Shown piece by piece: positions 1 through 10,400 of a stretch of 64,000 nucleotides of DNA (within the stretch, counting starts at the first letter, position 1; each line of letters starts with the position of its first letter). Origin of the DNA: Promethearchaeota archaeon Loki_b32 (GTDB taxonomy: Archaea; Asgardarchaeota; Lokiarchaeia; Sigyniarchaeales; SOKP01); assembly GCA_005223125.1 (NCBI GenBank), contig NJBH01000010.1, forward strand, positions 32,001-96,000, written 5' to 3'. Both the position numbers and the translations under genes were made by a program. Under the pieces are notes generated by a model. It saw nothing but the letters and a program-made list of their open reading frames with translations, was not told the origin of the DNA and ran no database searches.

Positions 1-171
1 TCAAGATAAAAAAAAAAGTGAGCTTCTATTTTCTTCTAAATCTAAGAATCATTTAATGAAATTTATTTAAATCTTTGAAATTCTTTTAAAAAAATATAGT
101 AAAAACGTTTATTAGATAAGGCAATTATAATTTTAATTAAAATGAATGATTGATAAGATTTAGGGATATAA

Positions 172-2550
172 ATGCAATTAGAACAAAAAACCATCTCAAA
201 CTATAAAGAACGCACGTTAAGAATGAAAGATAAGCTTATAAAGGCACCACATGAAATATGTGTGGAAAGAGCTAAATTATTTACAGATTTCTACAAAAAA
301 TCTAAAGGGGAAAACCCAATTATTAGATTCGCAAAAGCTATGGATTATTATTTAACAAATATGGCAATTAAAATTTGGGATGATGAATTTATTGTCGGTA
401 ATAGATGTACAAAATACGTGGGTACACCAATGTATCCTGAAGCCCGGATAGATACAATAGAGCAAGATATTGACAATTATGACTCTCGTCCTGTGCAAAA
501 GCTTTTCCTAACAAATGAAGAAAAACAGTTTATAAAAGAAAAAATAATTCCTTATTGGAAAGACGAAGAAATTACTGTAGAAGAGCGCTTTCAATCGTAT
601 TTAGATTCAGATTTAAGAGATATGAGGGAAAAAATAGTTTATACTGTAGATGTAGAAATATCTAGTGGAATTGGTCATTTTTTTCCTGGTCATGAAAATA
701 TATTAAAAACCGGAATTGATGGCTTAATTCAAAAAGCAAGTGAGAATTTAGAAAAATTTTCCAATGACATTAATAAAAAGATATTTTTAGAATCTGTAAT
801 CATTTTATTGAATGCAGGTAAGAAATTTATACAAAGGTTTTCACTTTTAGCGAAAGATATGGCTCAAGGTGAAATAAATCTTGAACGTCAAAAAGAACTT
901 TATGAAATCTCTGAGATTTGTCACAATATCTCTGGAAATCCACCAAATAATTTTAAAGAAGCCTTACAATTAATTTATTTTACACATCTAATTTGTGGAT
1001 TAGAGGATGGTGGTTTTGCTATTTCTGTGGGTCGGTTGGATCAGTATTTATATCCATACTATTTAAAAGAAACAAATGAACTGACTATTACTAACAAGGA
1101 AATTCAGTTTCTTATTGAATGCTTTTTCATCAAACTTTCTACTTTATGGAACTATGTTATTTCAAAAGGAGTAATTACTTCCGAAGGACCTCCTATTGCT
1201 GAAAATGTGGTAATTGGGGGATTAGATCGGGAAGGAAAAGACGCAACAAATGAATTATCATCGATAATTTTAGATGCTTATACTCATATAAAAACTGTGC
1301 AACCCACTTTTTGTGTTAGGATTCATAAAGATACTACAGAAGAATTTCTTATAAAAGTTGGAGAATCTATAAAAAGTGGTTGTAGTATTGCCTTACTTAA
1401 TGATCATGTAATGATCCCCGGCCTTATTAATCTAGGATTTACTCTTGAAGATGCTCGAGAATATGCACCAATTGGATGTGTTGAACCTCAACATCCATGT
1501 AAATCATTTGGATCTACAAATTCAAATCAATTAAATGTAGTGAAATGTTTAGAATTAGCATTGAATAATGGAGTAGATATGTTAACTAGGAAAGAATATG
1601 GACTTAAGCCTGCTAAAGAGATTACTTCTTATGAAGATCTTTGGGATCAATTTAAGAATCACGTGAAATATTTCATTAAATACATGGTAAAGTCAATGTT
1701 TTTTCTTGATAAAGCAATTGCTGAACTTGCACCCCAACCATTTTTATCTGCAACTATAGATGATTGTATAGAGCGTGGACTAGATATAACTAAAGGTGGA
1801 GCAATCTACAATTTTACAGGACCTCAACTAATTGGTCTAGCTACAGTTGCAGACAGTCTTGCTGTAATTAAAAAAGTTGTTTTTGAAGATAAACTTCTTA
1901 GATTTGAAGAAATAGTTCAAATGCTTGCTAAAAATTTCAGAGGTACATATCAAGGAAAAAAAGGGACGGAATGGCAAGAAATTTTTATTAATAAAGTACC
2001 AAAATTCGGAAATGATGATGATTATGTTGATCAGATTGCTACTGATGTAGCAAGATTTTATTGTGAAGAAATTTCAAAGCATTCAAATTATCGAGGAGGG
2101 AAATTTAATCCTGGAATTTATTCCACAACTTTTCATTTAGCATTTGGTATTTTCACAGGGGCTTCGGCTGATGGTAGAAGAAAAACAGAACCTCTTTCAA
2201 ATGGTCTTGGTCCAACGAGTGGCATGGATAAAAATGGCCCCACAGCTATTCTTAATTCTATTAAAAAGCTTAAAAACGAATTGATGACTAACGGTAATTC
2301 ATTAATTTTAGCTTTTCATCCAAATACATTAAAATTAGAGGTTTTAATTCCACTAATTCGAACCTTTTTTGAACCTGAAGGCGGTTATCAAGTTCAATTT
2401 AATATCGCGGGAAAAGAAACACTGTGTAATGCTCAAGTTAATCCTGATGATTATAAAGGGTTAGTTGTTAGAGTTGCTGGTTATTCTGTATATTTTACAG
2501 AATTATCGAAAATTGCTCAAGATGAAATCATTGCTCGAACAGAATATTAA
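172..2550 (+). CDS. Glycyl radical enzyme (PflD/eliminase-like), substrate unknown
   Basis: C-terminal glycyl radical motif VRVAGYS, single active-site Cys in GCVEP, KFGNDDDYVD and TGASADGRR segments; 792 aa. Confidence 0.9.
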   Translation: MQLEQKTISNYKERTLRMKDKLIKAPHEICVERAKLFTDFYKKSKGENPIIRFAKAMDYYLTNMAIKIWDDEFIVGNRCTKYVGTPMYPEARIDTIEQDIDNYDSRPVQKLFLTNEEKQFIKEKIIPYWKDEEITVEERFQSYLDSDLRDMREKIVYTVDVEISSGIGHFFPGHENILKTGIDGLIQKASENLEKFSNDINKKIFLESVIILLNAGKKFIQRFSLLAKDMAQGEINLERQKELYEISEICHNISGNPPNNFKEALQLIYFTHLICGLEDGGFAISVGRLDQYLYPYYLKETNELTITNKEIQFLIECFFIKLSTLWNYVISKGVITSEGPPIAENVVIGGLDREGKDATNELSSIILDAYTHIKTVQPTFCVRIHKDTTEEFLIKVGESIKSGCSIALLNDHVMIPGLINLGFTLEDAREYAPIGCVEPQHPCKSFGSTNSNQLNVVKCLELALNNGVDMLTRKEYGLKPAKEITSYEDLWDQFKNHVKYFIKYMVKSMFFLDKAIAELAPQPFLSATIDDCIERGLDITKGGAIYNFTGPQLIGLATVADSLAVIKKVVFEDKLLRFEEIVQMLAKNFRGTYQGKKGTEWQEIFINKVPKFGNDDDYVDQIATDVARFYCEEISKHSNYRGGKFNPGIYSTTFHLAFGIFTGASADGRRKTEPLSNGLGPTSGMDKNGPTAILNSIKKLKNELMTNGNSLILAFHPNTLKLEVLIPLIRTFFEPEGGYQVQFNIAGKETLCNAQVNPDDYKGLVVRVAGYSVYFTELSKIAQDEIIARTEY

Positions 2551-2636
2551 TCTTTTTTTTTTAAATATCGTTGAAAAACAATAAAAAATTTTAGTTATTC
2601 TGATTTTAAAAATATAAATATAAAATAAATATAGTT

Positions 2637-2738
2637 GGGCCTGTAGATCAGTGGAAGATCGCTTGATTTTATTAAGCAGGACGCTTAATTCCAAGATTCG
2701 CATTCAAGAGGTCACGGGTTCAATTCCCGTCAGGTCCA
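2637..2738 (+). tRNA. tRNA-Ala(CGC) with 30-nt intron (2668-2697) at position 32/33
   Basis: Acceptor GGGCCTG/CAGGTCC with G3:U70 Ala identity pair, D stem GATC/GATC, anticodon stem CTTGA/TCAAG, anticodon CGC 2699-2701, T arm ACGGG-TTCAATT-CCCGT; BHB-like CTTG/CAAG helix with ATT bulges. Confidence 0.92.
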
Positions 2739-2770
2739 TTCTACTAATACACATCTGAAGAGGATTTTAA

Positions 2771-5371
2771 ATGGCACAAGAAACAACTTATCCAAAACGG
2801 TTTAATTTTAAAGTAGTTCAAGAGAAGTGGATGAAATATTGGGATAAACATAAAATATATGCATTTGATATAAGCAGAAAAGATGAAATTTTCACAATTG
2901 ATACACCACCTCCATTTGTTAGTGGAGTATTGCATATTGGACAGTATTTAAATTATGCTTGGATAGATTTTGTAGCAAGATATCGGCGATTGAGAGGAGA
3001 AAATGTATATTTTCCTCAAGGATGGGATTGTCATGGACTACCTGTTGAGTTGGCAGTAACAAAAAACTATGGTATATCTAAAGATGATCGAAAAATTTTC
3101 TTAGAAAAATGTAGAGAATGGGTAGAAAACAATATTAAAAATATGACAAGACAATTAGACGAGTTAGGATATTCTACAGATTGGGATTATACATATCGGA
3201 CAATGAATGATGATTATAAACGAAAAGTTCAACTATCACTTTTAGATTTTTATGAAAAAGGTATGCTTTATAGAGATAAATTCCCTACTCATTTCTGTGT
3301 TAATTGTGAAACTTCAGTAGCAAAAGCAGAAGTAGGATATCATGAAGAACAGGGAAAATTATGGTACTTAAAATTACCAATTGTAGGTAGAAAGGATGAA
3401 TTTGTTACTATAGCTACCACACGACCTGAATATATGGAAGCCTGTGTTGCTGTAATAGTTCATCCAAATGATGAACGTTATTATGATATTTCTGCTGCTG
3501 AAATAGAAATTCCTCTAACAAACCGTACTGTAAGAGTTTATATGGATAATACAATTGATATGAATTTTGGTACCGGTGTTGTTTATGTTTGTACTTATGG
3601 AGATGAAATGGATATTAAGTGGAAACTTGAATATGATCTAGATGAGATTCAAATTTTTACTGAAGATGGTCATATGAATGAAAATTCCAAATATCAAGGT
3701 TTAACTATTATGGAAGCACGAGAACAAATAGTTAAAGATCTTGATGATTTAGGTTTAATAGCAAAAATTGAAGATTATGAACATAATTTGATAATACACT
3801 CAGAACGTTCATCTTGTAGAAAGCCAATAGAGTATTTACCAGTTTATCAGTGGTTTATTAATGTTAAAGATTTCACAGAAGATATTATAGAATCTGGAGA
3901 ATCAATGAAATGGTATCCTGAAAAACAAAAACAAAGATTAATAGATTGGGCAAAAGGTTTAGATTGGAATTGGGTGATTTCACGTCAGCGTTTTTTTGGT
4001 ACTCCCATCCCATTTTGGTATTGTAAAGATTGTAGCGAAATAATCCCACCAAATAGGGAAGATTTACCATTAGATCCCACGAAGTTTTCATCTCCATTAA
4101 AAGAATGTCCAAAATGTAAAAGTAAAAATATTATTGGTGAAAAAGATGTATGTGATTGTTGGATTGACTCTAGTATAACTCCTTTAGAAATATCAAGATG
4201 GACAGAGGATGACGAATTTTTTAAAAGGACATATTTGAACGCTAAAGTACATCGCCCACAAGGTTATGAAATTATTCGTACATGGTTGTTTTATACCTTA
4301 TTTCGATGTAAAATTTTAACTGGAAAACCTCCTTTTTACGAAGCAATGATTAATGGAATGGTGGCGGGTCCAGATGGAAGGCATATGTCAAAAAGTCTTG
4401 GTAACTATATTGCACCAGAGGAGGTAATGCCTGAATTTGGTACAGATGCAATAAGATATTGGACAGCAATGGGTTCTTTAGGAGATGATTATCCATTTGA
4501 TTTTACTTGGATAAATTTACAAACCAAACAACCGTTGTCAAACGAATTTATTTTAAAAGAAAGAGAAGAACTTCCAGAAAATAAATTTAACAAAAAATAT
4601 CGTAGGAGGTTCGAACAATTAATTGGTGCATCGAGATTTTTAACTAAGATTTGGAATGCGTATAGATTTTTATATTTAAATCTAAATAGAATAAAATTAG
4701 ATAATATTGATATTAATTCAAAGGAATTATCTGCAATTGATAGTTATTTCTTTTCAGAATTTAATAAAAATCTAAAGTTAATTTCTAATTACTTTGATGG
4801 ATATAATTGGCATGGATCAACAATGAATTTACGTACTTTCTTTTGGAGTGAAATCTGCGATAATTATGTAGAAGCAATAAAACACAAATTCTATGCTGAG
4901 GACCAAAAATTAAGAGAAAGTTCCTTAAGAAATGCTTTAAACCTTTTTTACAAATTATTAACCATATTATCTGTCATAATGCCTTATATTTCAGAAGAAA
5001 TATATTCTATTCTATTTAGGCAATTCAAAGATTTAGAGTCTATACATTTAGAAAATTGGCCAATACCTTACGAGACTATATCAGAAGAATTAACCGAGCA
5101 GGGTAAATTATGTATTGAAATCATTAAAGGTCTAAGGATGTTAAAATCAAAACTTCAAATACCTTTGAATCAAGCTGTTGAGAAAGTTATTTTAGTATCA
5201 GAATCAAAGCAACTAAAAAATATTGAGATTATAAAAGAGGATATACAAAAAACTATTAGATTAGATAATCTTGAGATAATTGAGAAATCCCTCGAGAAAT
5301 CTATTAAAGAAAAACCCGATTCAAAGGAAAATTTTGAAGATTTGAATATTGTTGCTTATTTTTTTAAATAA
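2771..5371 (+). CDS. valS: Valine--tRNA ligase
   Basis: IDTPPP, HIGQ (HIGH), GWDCHGLP, ATTRPE, WVISRQR, HMSKS (KMSKS); GAGG RBS upstream. Confidence 0.92.
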   Translation: MAQETTYPKRFNFKVVQEKWMKYWDKHKIYAFDISRKDEIFTIDTPPPFVSGVLHIGQYLNYAWIDFVARYRRLRGENVYFPQGWDCHGLPVELAVTKNYGISKDDRKIFLEKCREWVENNIKNMTRQLDELGYSTDWDYTYRTMNDDYKRKVQLSLLDFYEKGMLYRDKFPTHFCVNCETSVAKAEVGYHEEQGKLWYLKLPIVGRKDEFVTIATTRPEYMEACVAVIVHPNDERYYDISAAEIEIPLTNRTVRVYMDNTIDMNFGTGVVYVCTYGDEMDIKWKLEYDLDEIQIFTEDGHMNENSKYQGLTIMEAREQIVKDLDDLGLIAKIEDYEHNLIIHSERSSCRKPIEYLPVYQWFINVKDFTEDIIESGESMKWYPEKQKQRLIDWAKGLDWNWVISRQRFFGTPIPFWYCKDCSEIIPPNREDLPLDPTKFSSPLKECPKCKSKNIIGEKDVCDCWIDSSITPLEISRWTEDDEFFKRTYLNAKVHRPQGYEIIRTWLFYTLFRCKILTGKPPFYEAMINGMVAGPDGRHMSKSLGNYIAPEEVMPEFGTDAIRYWTAMGSLGDDYPFDFTWINLQTKQPLSNEFILKEREELPENKFNKKYRRRFEQLIGASRFLTKIWNAYRFLYLNLNRIKLDNIDINSKELSAIDSYFFSEFNKNLKLISNYFDGYNWHGSTMNLRTFFWSEICDNYVEAIKHKFYAEDQKLRESSLRNALNLFYKLLTILSVIMPYISEEIYSILFRQFKDLESIHLENWPIPYETISEELTEQGKLCIEIIKGLRMLKSKLQIPLNQAVEKVILVSESKQLKNIEIIKEDIQKTIRLDNLEIIEKSLEKSIKEKPDSKENFEDLNIVAYFFK

Positions 5372-5392
5372 TAAAGGATTTTATAATTATAA

Positions 5393-6415
5393 TTATTCTT
5401 CTACTTCTTTATTTTCGTCCATGTGTTCACTAAGATCCTCTTCTTCAATTTCACTTATTGGTACGCTATGACTATCCTCTTCAATTTCAACAGGAGGCTC
5501 ACCTTGTCCTTCTTCTTCTAAACCTAATTGAGTAATCATAACACTTTTCAATTGTCTTATGTCTTTGGGCAACCCAAACATATCTGCATACTTATCTGTG
5601 GTAGTTAATTCGTGAGACCTTCCCTTTTTTAAGGCATTTATAAATCCGTAATCTATTAGATATTTCACATGTTCATAAGCTCCACTACCTCTTAATTTAA
5701 TAACCATAGATTTTAAGATCGGTTGTTTTAAAGCAATTATGGTTAAAGTTCTTAGGTATCTTTCAGCAATTGCACCTCCTTTTGCAAATTTTGAAACTTT
5801 TTCTGTGTATTCTGGTCTAATCTGCATTTGATATCGATCTCCAATTTGGGCGATGATTAGAGCTGTAGTGCGCTCTAAATAATCGAAAGCTAATTCATTT
5901 ACTAAATTTTCTACTTCTTTTTTAGGAAATTCTAATCTAGTTGACAATTCTTCTATTGTTAAAGGTCCTCCCGCAGCATAGAGAGCCGCTTCAATTAAAT
6001 TTCGATGAAATGCCCTAACTTCAAGTTTTAATGATTTTTCGTCAATATCTATACTTTCTGATGTGGTTTCAACCATATTTGGTCTGTCTTCGACATTTTG
6101 CTCTTCCAACAATTCTTCGATTAATAGACTTTCAGGTTCTTGACCTAATTCTTCAAGAATTTCAAGACTTTCTTTTTCTTCGGAATCTTCTTCTTGTTCT
6201 CCTATGATTTCACCTTTGTCTTTCTTTGTTAAATCATTTGAATCTATTTTTTCAACTTCTTTAATAGGTTCTTCTTCAGTAAAATGTTCTACCTCTTCTT
6301 CATCAATTCTTTCTATCTCTTCTTCCTCAGGGAGATCTTCAGAGATATCTTCAATTTCCTCTTCAATTTCTTCATCCGTATTTTCTTCCATATTTTCACC
6401 AAAAACGTTAAACAT
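5393..6415 (-). CDS. scpB: SMC-associated kite subunit ScpB with long acidic N- and C-terminal extensions
   Basis: IEAALYAAG, LRTLTIIALKQPI, IKLRG, TTDKYADMFGL ScpB motifs; downstream of smc-scpA. Confidence 0.9.
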   Translation of the reverse strand: MFNVFGENMEENTDEEIEEEIEDISEDLPEEEEIERIDEEEVEHFTEEEPIKEVEKIDSNDLTKKDKGEIIGEQEEDSEEKESLEILEELGQEPESLLIEELLEEQNVEDRPNMVETTSESIDIDEKSLKLEVRAFHRNLIEAALYAAGGPLTIEELSTRLEFPKKEVENLVNELAFDYLERTTALIIAQIGDRYQMQIRPEYTEKVSKFAKGGAIAERYLRTLTIIALKQPILKSMVIKLRGSGAYEHVKYLIDYGFINALKKGRSHELTTTDKYADMFGLPKDIRQLKSVMITQLGLEEEGQGEPPVEIEEDSHSVPISEIEEEDLSEHMDENKEVEE

Positions 6416-6432
6416 TCTTTAAGATTTGATTT

Positions 6433-7440
6433 TTATTTAATATCAATTGAAATATTTTGAAAATCTTCATCTTGACTTAAAATCAATTTATTTCCTGTAG
6501 AAAGGAACATCAGCGCTAAAAACATCCTTACTAAAGAAAATTTCCGCCCTAACCTGCTTTTTTCTTCATCTTTAATAATATTTGCTAAATCAAAAAAATT
6601 AGATTCATTATTGTTTAACTTAATTGTAGCTTTTATTCGATTATACCAAGATTCATGCAATTCTTCAACTGTTTGTTCCCTTCCACTAATATGTTTCAAA
6701 AGTTCTTTAGGCAATTGAGCTTTAGACTTCATTTGGATCTTTTGTTGTTTTAGATCATCTCTTCTTATCTTCCTTCTTCTTAACTTTTCTTTATTCTGCA
6801 TAACTTCTATAATAGCGGATCTCATTGCATCAAATAGTTCTTCTTTTGTGGCAATTTGCATTTTAGGTGAGATTGGCTGAGGTAATGCCTTTGGAATTGT
6901 TCTAGAATGTTTTCGTCTGAACCTTTCTAATTCCTCTCTTTTCTGAATTTGTTCTTCTTCTTTTATAATACTAGAGATTTTATAATGATGCAAAGTTGCG
7001 GAAGTTTTAAGCGCAATTCCAGATATTTTATAATTAATCAAGTCTTCGTGAAGCATATTATCAAAAAAAGTATCAACTAATTTTGCTAAATCATAAAAAG
7101 CAATTTCTGATTCTTTAGCTAATTCAGAATCTAGTAGACTTGAAAATGGGGGTTTCTGCCAAAATTTTAAAGCAACTTTTTCTTTTCTTAATAAAGCAAG
7201 ATCTTCCTCATCATCAAAACCAGCAACAAGTTCTTCTTCTAATTTCTCTGGTTCCTGAGATCGATCGATAAAGTCAGGATGAGATACTACATTTTGAAGT
7301 AACTCCACAATATCTTTTTTCTTAGCCTTTGAAGGAATTTTTATATTATTGTTCGAAGCAAATTCCCTTAAATCTTTAACAGTCCATTCATTAAATTTAT
7401 ATTCTTTGTTAGAATTTTGTTCATTATTCGAAATTCTCAC
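6433..7440 (-). CDS. scpA: Kleisin ScpA-like protein with N-terminal HEH/SAP-like extension
   Basis: Between smc and scpB; N-kleisin-like YKISGIALKTSATL helix and C-terminal winged helix LVRMFLALMFL...LSQDEDFQNISI; GTG start with AGGTGA RBS. Confidence 0.75.
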   Translation of the reverse strand: MRISNNEQNSNKEYKFNEWTVKDLREFASNNNIKIPSKAKKKDIVELLQNVVSHPDFIDRSQEPEKLEEELVAGFDDEEDLALLRKEKVALKFWQKPPFSSLLDSELAKESEIAFYDLAKLVDTFFDNMLHEDLINYKISGIALKTSATLHHYKISSIIKEEEQIQKREELERFRRKHSRTIPKALPQPISPKMQIATKEELFDAMRSAIIEVMQNKEKLRRRKIRRDDLKQQKIQMKSKAQLPKELLKHISGREQTVEELHESWYNRIKATIKLNNNESNFFDLANIIKDEEKSRLGRKFSLVRMFLALMFLSTGNKLILSQDEDFQNISIDIK

Positions 7441-7462
7441 TCACCTTTTAGTATTATAATTA

Positions 7463-10400
7463 CTACTCTGTAATAATTGGCTCGATATCTTCAAGTTCAA
7501 GAAGTCTTTTAGCTTCTTCTTCCAAGTCAACACTAAATATATCAGTTATTCCACTTTGTTGCATTGACACACCGTATATCCTATCCGAATTTACAATATT
7601 CTCCTCTCGATGACTTATAACTAAGAATTGTGCTTGCGTGGCAAATTCTTTCAGGAGCATGGAGACTCTGTGTACATTAGGACCATCGAGGGCCGCATCA
7701 ATCTCATCTAAAACGTAAAAGGGTGCTGGGTAAAATTCCTGAACGGCAAAAATAAACGAGAGCGCTACGAGTGTTTTTTCTCCTCCGCTTAGAATCTCTA
7801 AACTCGAGATTTTTTTCCCACGAGGTCTAGCTTCAATACTAATTCCCCCCTCGAAAGGCTTATCAGGACGATCTAAGATCATTTTTGCTGAACCCCCAGG
7901 ACTAAGCTTTTGAAAAATTCTACTAAATTCTCTGTTAATTTCATGATAAGCTTTCATGAAAGTTCGTGTTTTTTCAAGTTCAATTTTATCGATTGCATCA
8001 AGAATTGATTTTCTCTCTCGCTGAATGGTTTGTCGTCTCATATCAATCTCATCAAATCTTTCTTTTACTGCATCATACTGTTCAATTGCTTTTAGATTCA
8101 CTGGTTCAAGAGCTTTTTTCTTCTTTTTGGATTCCATGATATCGGATTGTAATTCTGCTTCTGAAAGATCATCTGTTACAGGAGGCAATGAACCAAATTC
8201 TTTGGAACGTTGAAACAGAGTTTCAATTTGGTCAGTACACATTATTTTTTTTGATTCAAAGTTGTTTACTTTGGAGTTTTCCATAGATAGATCTGATTTT
8301 AGATCTGTTATGGTTTTTTGATATTGTTTTTGTTTTTTCCATGATTCATCCTTTTCTTGGCTAAATTTATCAATTTCTTTTTGTTTTTCGTTTTTCTTCA
8401 TATCCTCGTTATTTAAATCTTCTTTGAAAACTTCTAACTCTTTTGTGATTGATTCTACTTGTTCTTCTGTATCTCTAATATCTTGTCCTAACTCAATTAT
8501 CTTTTGTTCTCTTTCTTTATTTTTATTCAGCTCATTTAGTTTTCCTTGAGATTTTTGCAAATCTTTATTCAATTTATTTAATTTTTTTTGTGCTGCTTTT
8601 TGTGATTCTAATTCTTCACTTTTTTCATTTCTTAGAGAATCTATTACCTGTTGCTTTTGATCCACATTCTTTTGAATTTCATCAACTTGAGAATTTAATC
8701 CTTCAATATCTTTTTGACAGTTTTCAATTTTATTATTTGCCTCAATGTTTTCTTTTTTTATATCTTCGATAGAGGTGATTATCCTCATTACATTTTCAAG
8801 TGCTCTTAAACGATCCATAGTATCTTCAAGCGTTTTATTTTCATCATCAATTTGTTTTCGTATGTTTTCCGTTTTATCCCAAAAATTCTCTTTTTGCAAA
8901 ATAAGCTCATCAATGTTTTTCTGTAATGAATCTTGTTCCGATCGAATAGTTTTAATGTGTTCCTCTGTGTTTATGATTAAATCTTTCTTTTCTCTGATAA
9001 GATTGTTTAACTTTTCTATATTATCGTCAATTTCAATAATATTATCAAATAAATTTTGAATTCCATGTAATTCTTGCAATTTCTCTCTCAGATTTTCTAA
9101 TTCTTTTTGCTTGATATCAATATCGTCTTGGATCTTAGATATTTTATCCCAATATGTATCCTTAACCTCTTTGAGTTTAATAATTTCATTATCCAAATTG
9201 TCAACTTCCAATTGTCTATTACTTATAGTTTTGTCTCTTTCAGCAATTTCTTCCTCTGCTTTTTTAATTCTTTCATTTAACTCGGTAGTTCTTTTATTAA
9301 TTTCCTCGAGTCTCTTATTATAAGCTGAAAGATTCTCAGAAAAATGCTTTTCTTGAATATTACTTTCAGATAGCTGTTTCTCAATTTTGTTATAATCCTC
9401 ACTTTGAGAATTAATATTTTCTGAGATTTCTTCCAATTGCTTATATAATTCTTGACTTTTAGACATTGTTAATTTTCTTAAAGAGAGATAGACGTTTTCA
9501 AGAATTTCCATTAGATCTTGAACAAAACTATCGAATGTAGAGGTTGAACTTTGTACTTCCACATCAGCTGATTCTTTTACTTTATCAATTAATTGAATAA
9601 TTGTGTCATCAGCATTATCTGTAAACAATCTTAAAGTTTGCATGATAGAACTGAGCATTTCTGTCATTTCAGTAGGTTTTTCTTCATCACCACCAATGGC
9701 CTCAACTGATTTCATAATATCAATTATATCGAGAATAAATTTTTTAAAATCTTCAGCTGACGACTCAATTGCTTCTGCATTTGATTGTTGTATATTACTT
9801 TTAATAGATTCAACTGAGATGTTAATATTTTGAGTAAGCATGTTCAAAATCTGTAGAATTCCTGTAATATCTTTTGTATTTTTCTCATATTCTTCTTCAG
9901 ATGATTCAATTTTTTTAGAAAGATTTTCTCTTTCTTGAGAAAGCTCTTCTAAACGTCTTTGAACATTCTCTTTTTTGTATTCAGATTTTTCTGCTTCACT
10001 CTTAATATTAGTAATGTTTTTATTTAAGGAATCAACTTGTAGTTCTAAATTGTTCTTCTCTCGATCTAATTTTGTTAATTCTTTTGATAGAATTCTTAAT
10101 TCTGTATTAATATTATCAGTTTTTGCCCTGTTATCGTTGATTTCAGATTCATAAGAATACCTCTTCATTTTTATCAATTCTAGGTCTTGCTCGTTTTTCC
10201 GATAAACTGAATTTTCTTGCTTAAATTTTGTCCTTAATTCGTTTAAATCTTTGTTATAATCCTCATTTTCCTTCAGTAATTCTTTTACCGCTTTCTCAGC
10301 ATCTTTACCTTTACTTAAATCCGCGATTTTATTCTCAATAGAAATTTTCTTTTGATTTAATTCCTGTATATTATCTTGATTCATTTTAATTTCTGTGTTT

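Noticed and set aside
2503-2935. Minus-strand ORFs of 66 and 63 aa
   Set aside because: They overlap tRNA-Ala and valS on the opposite strand
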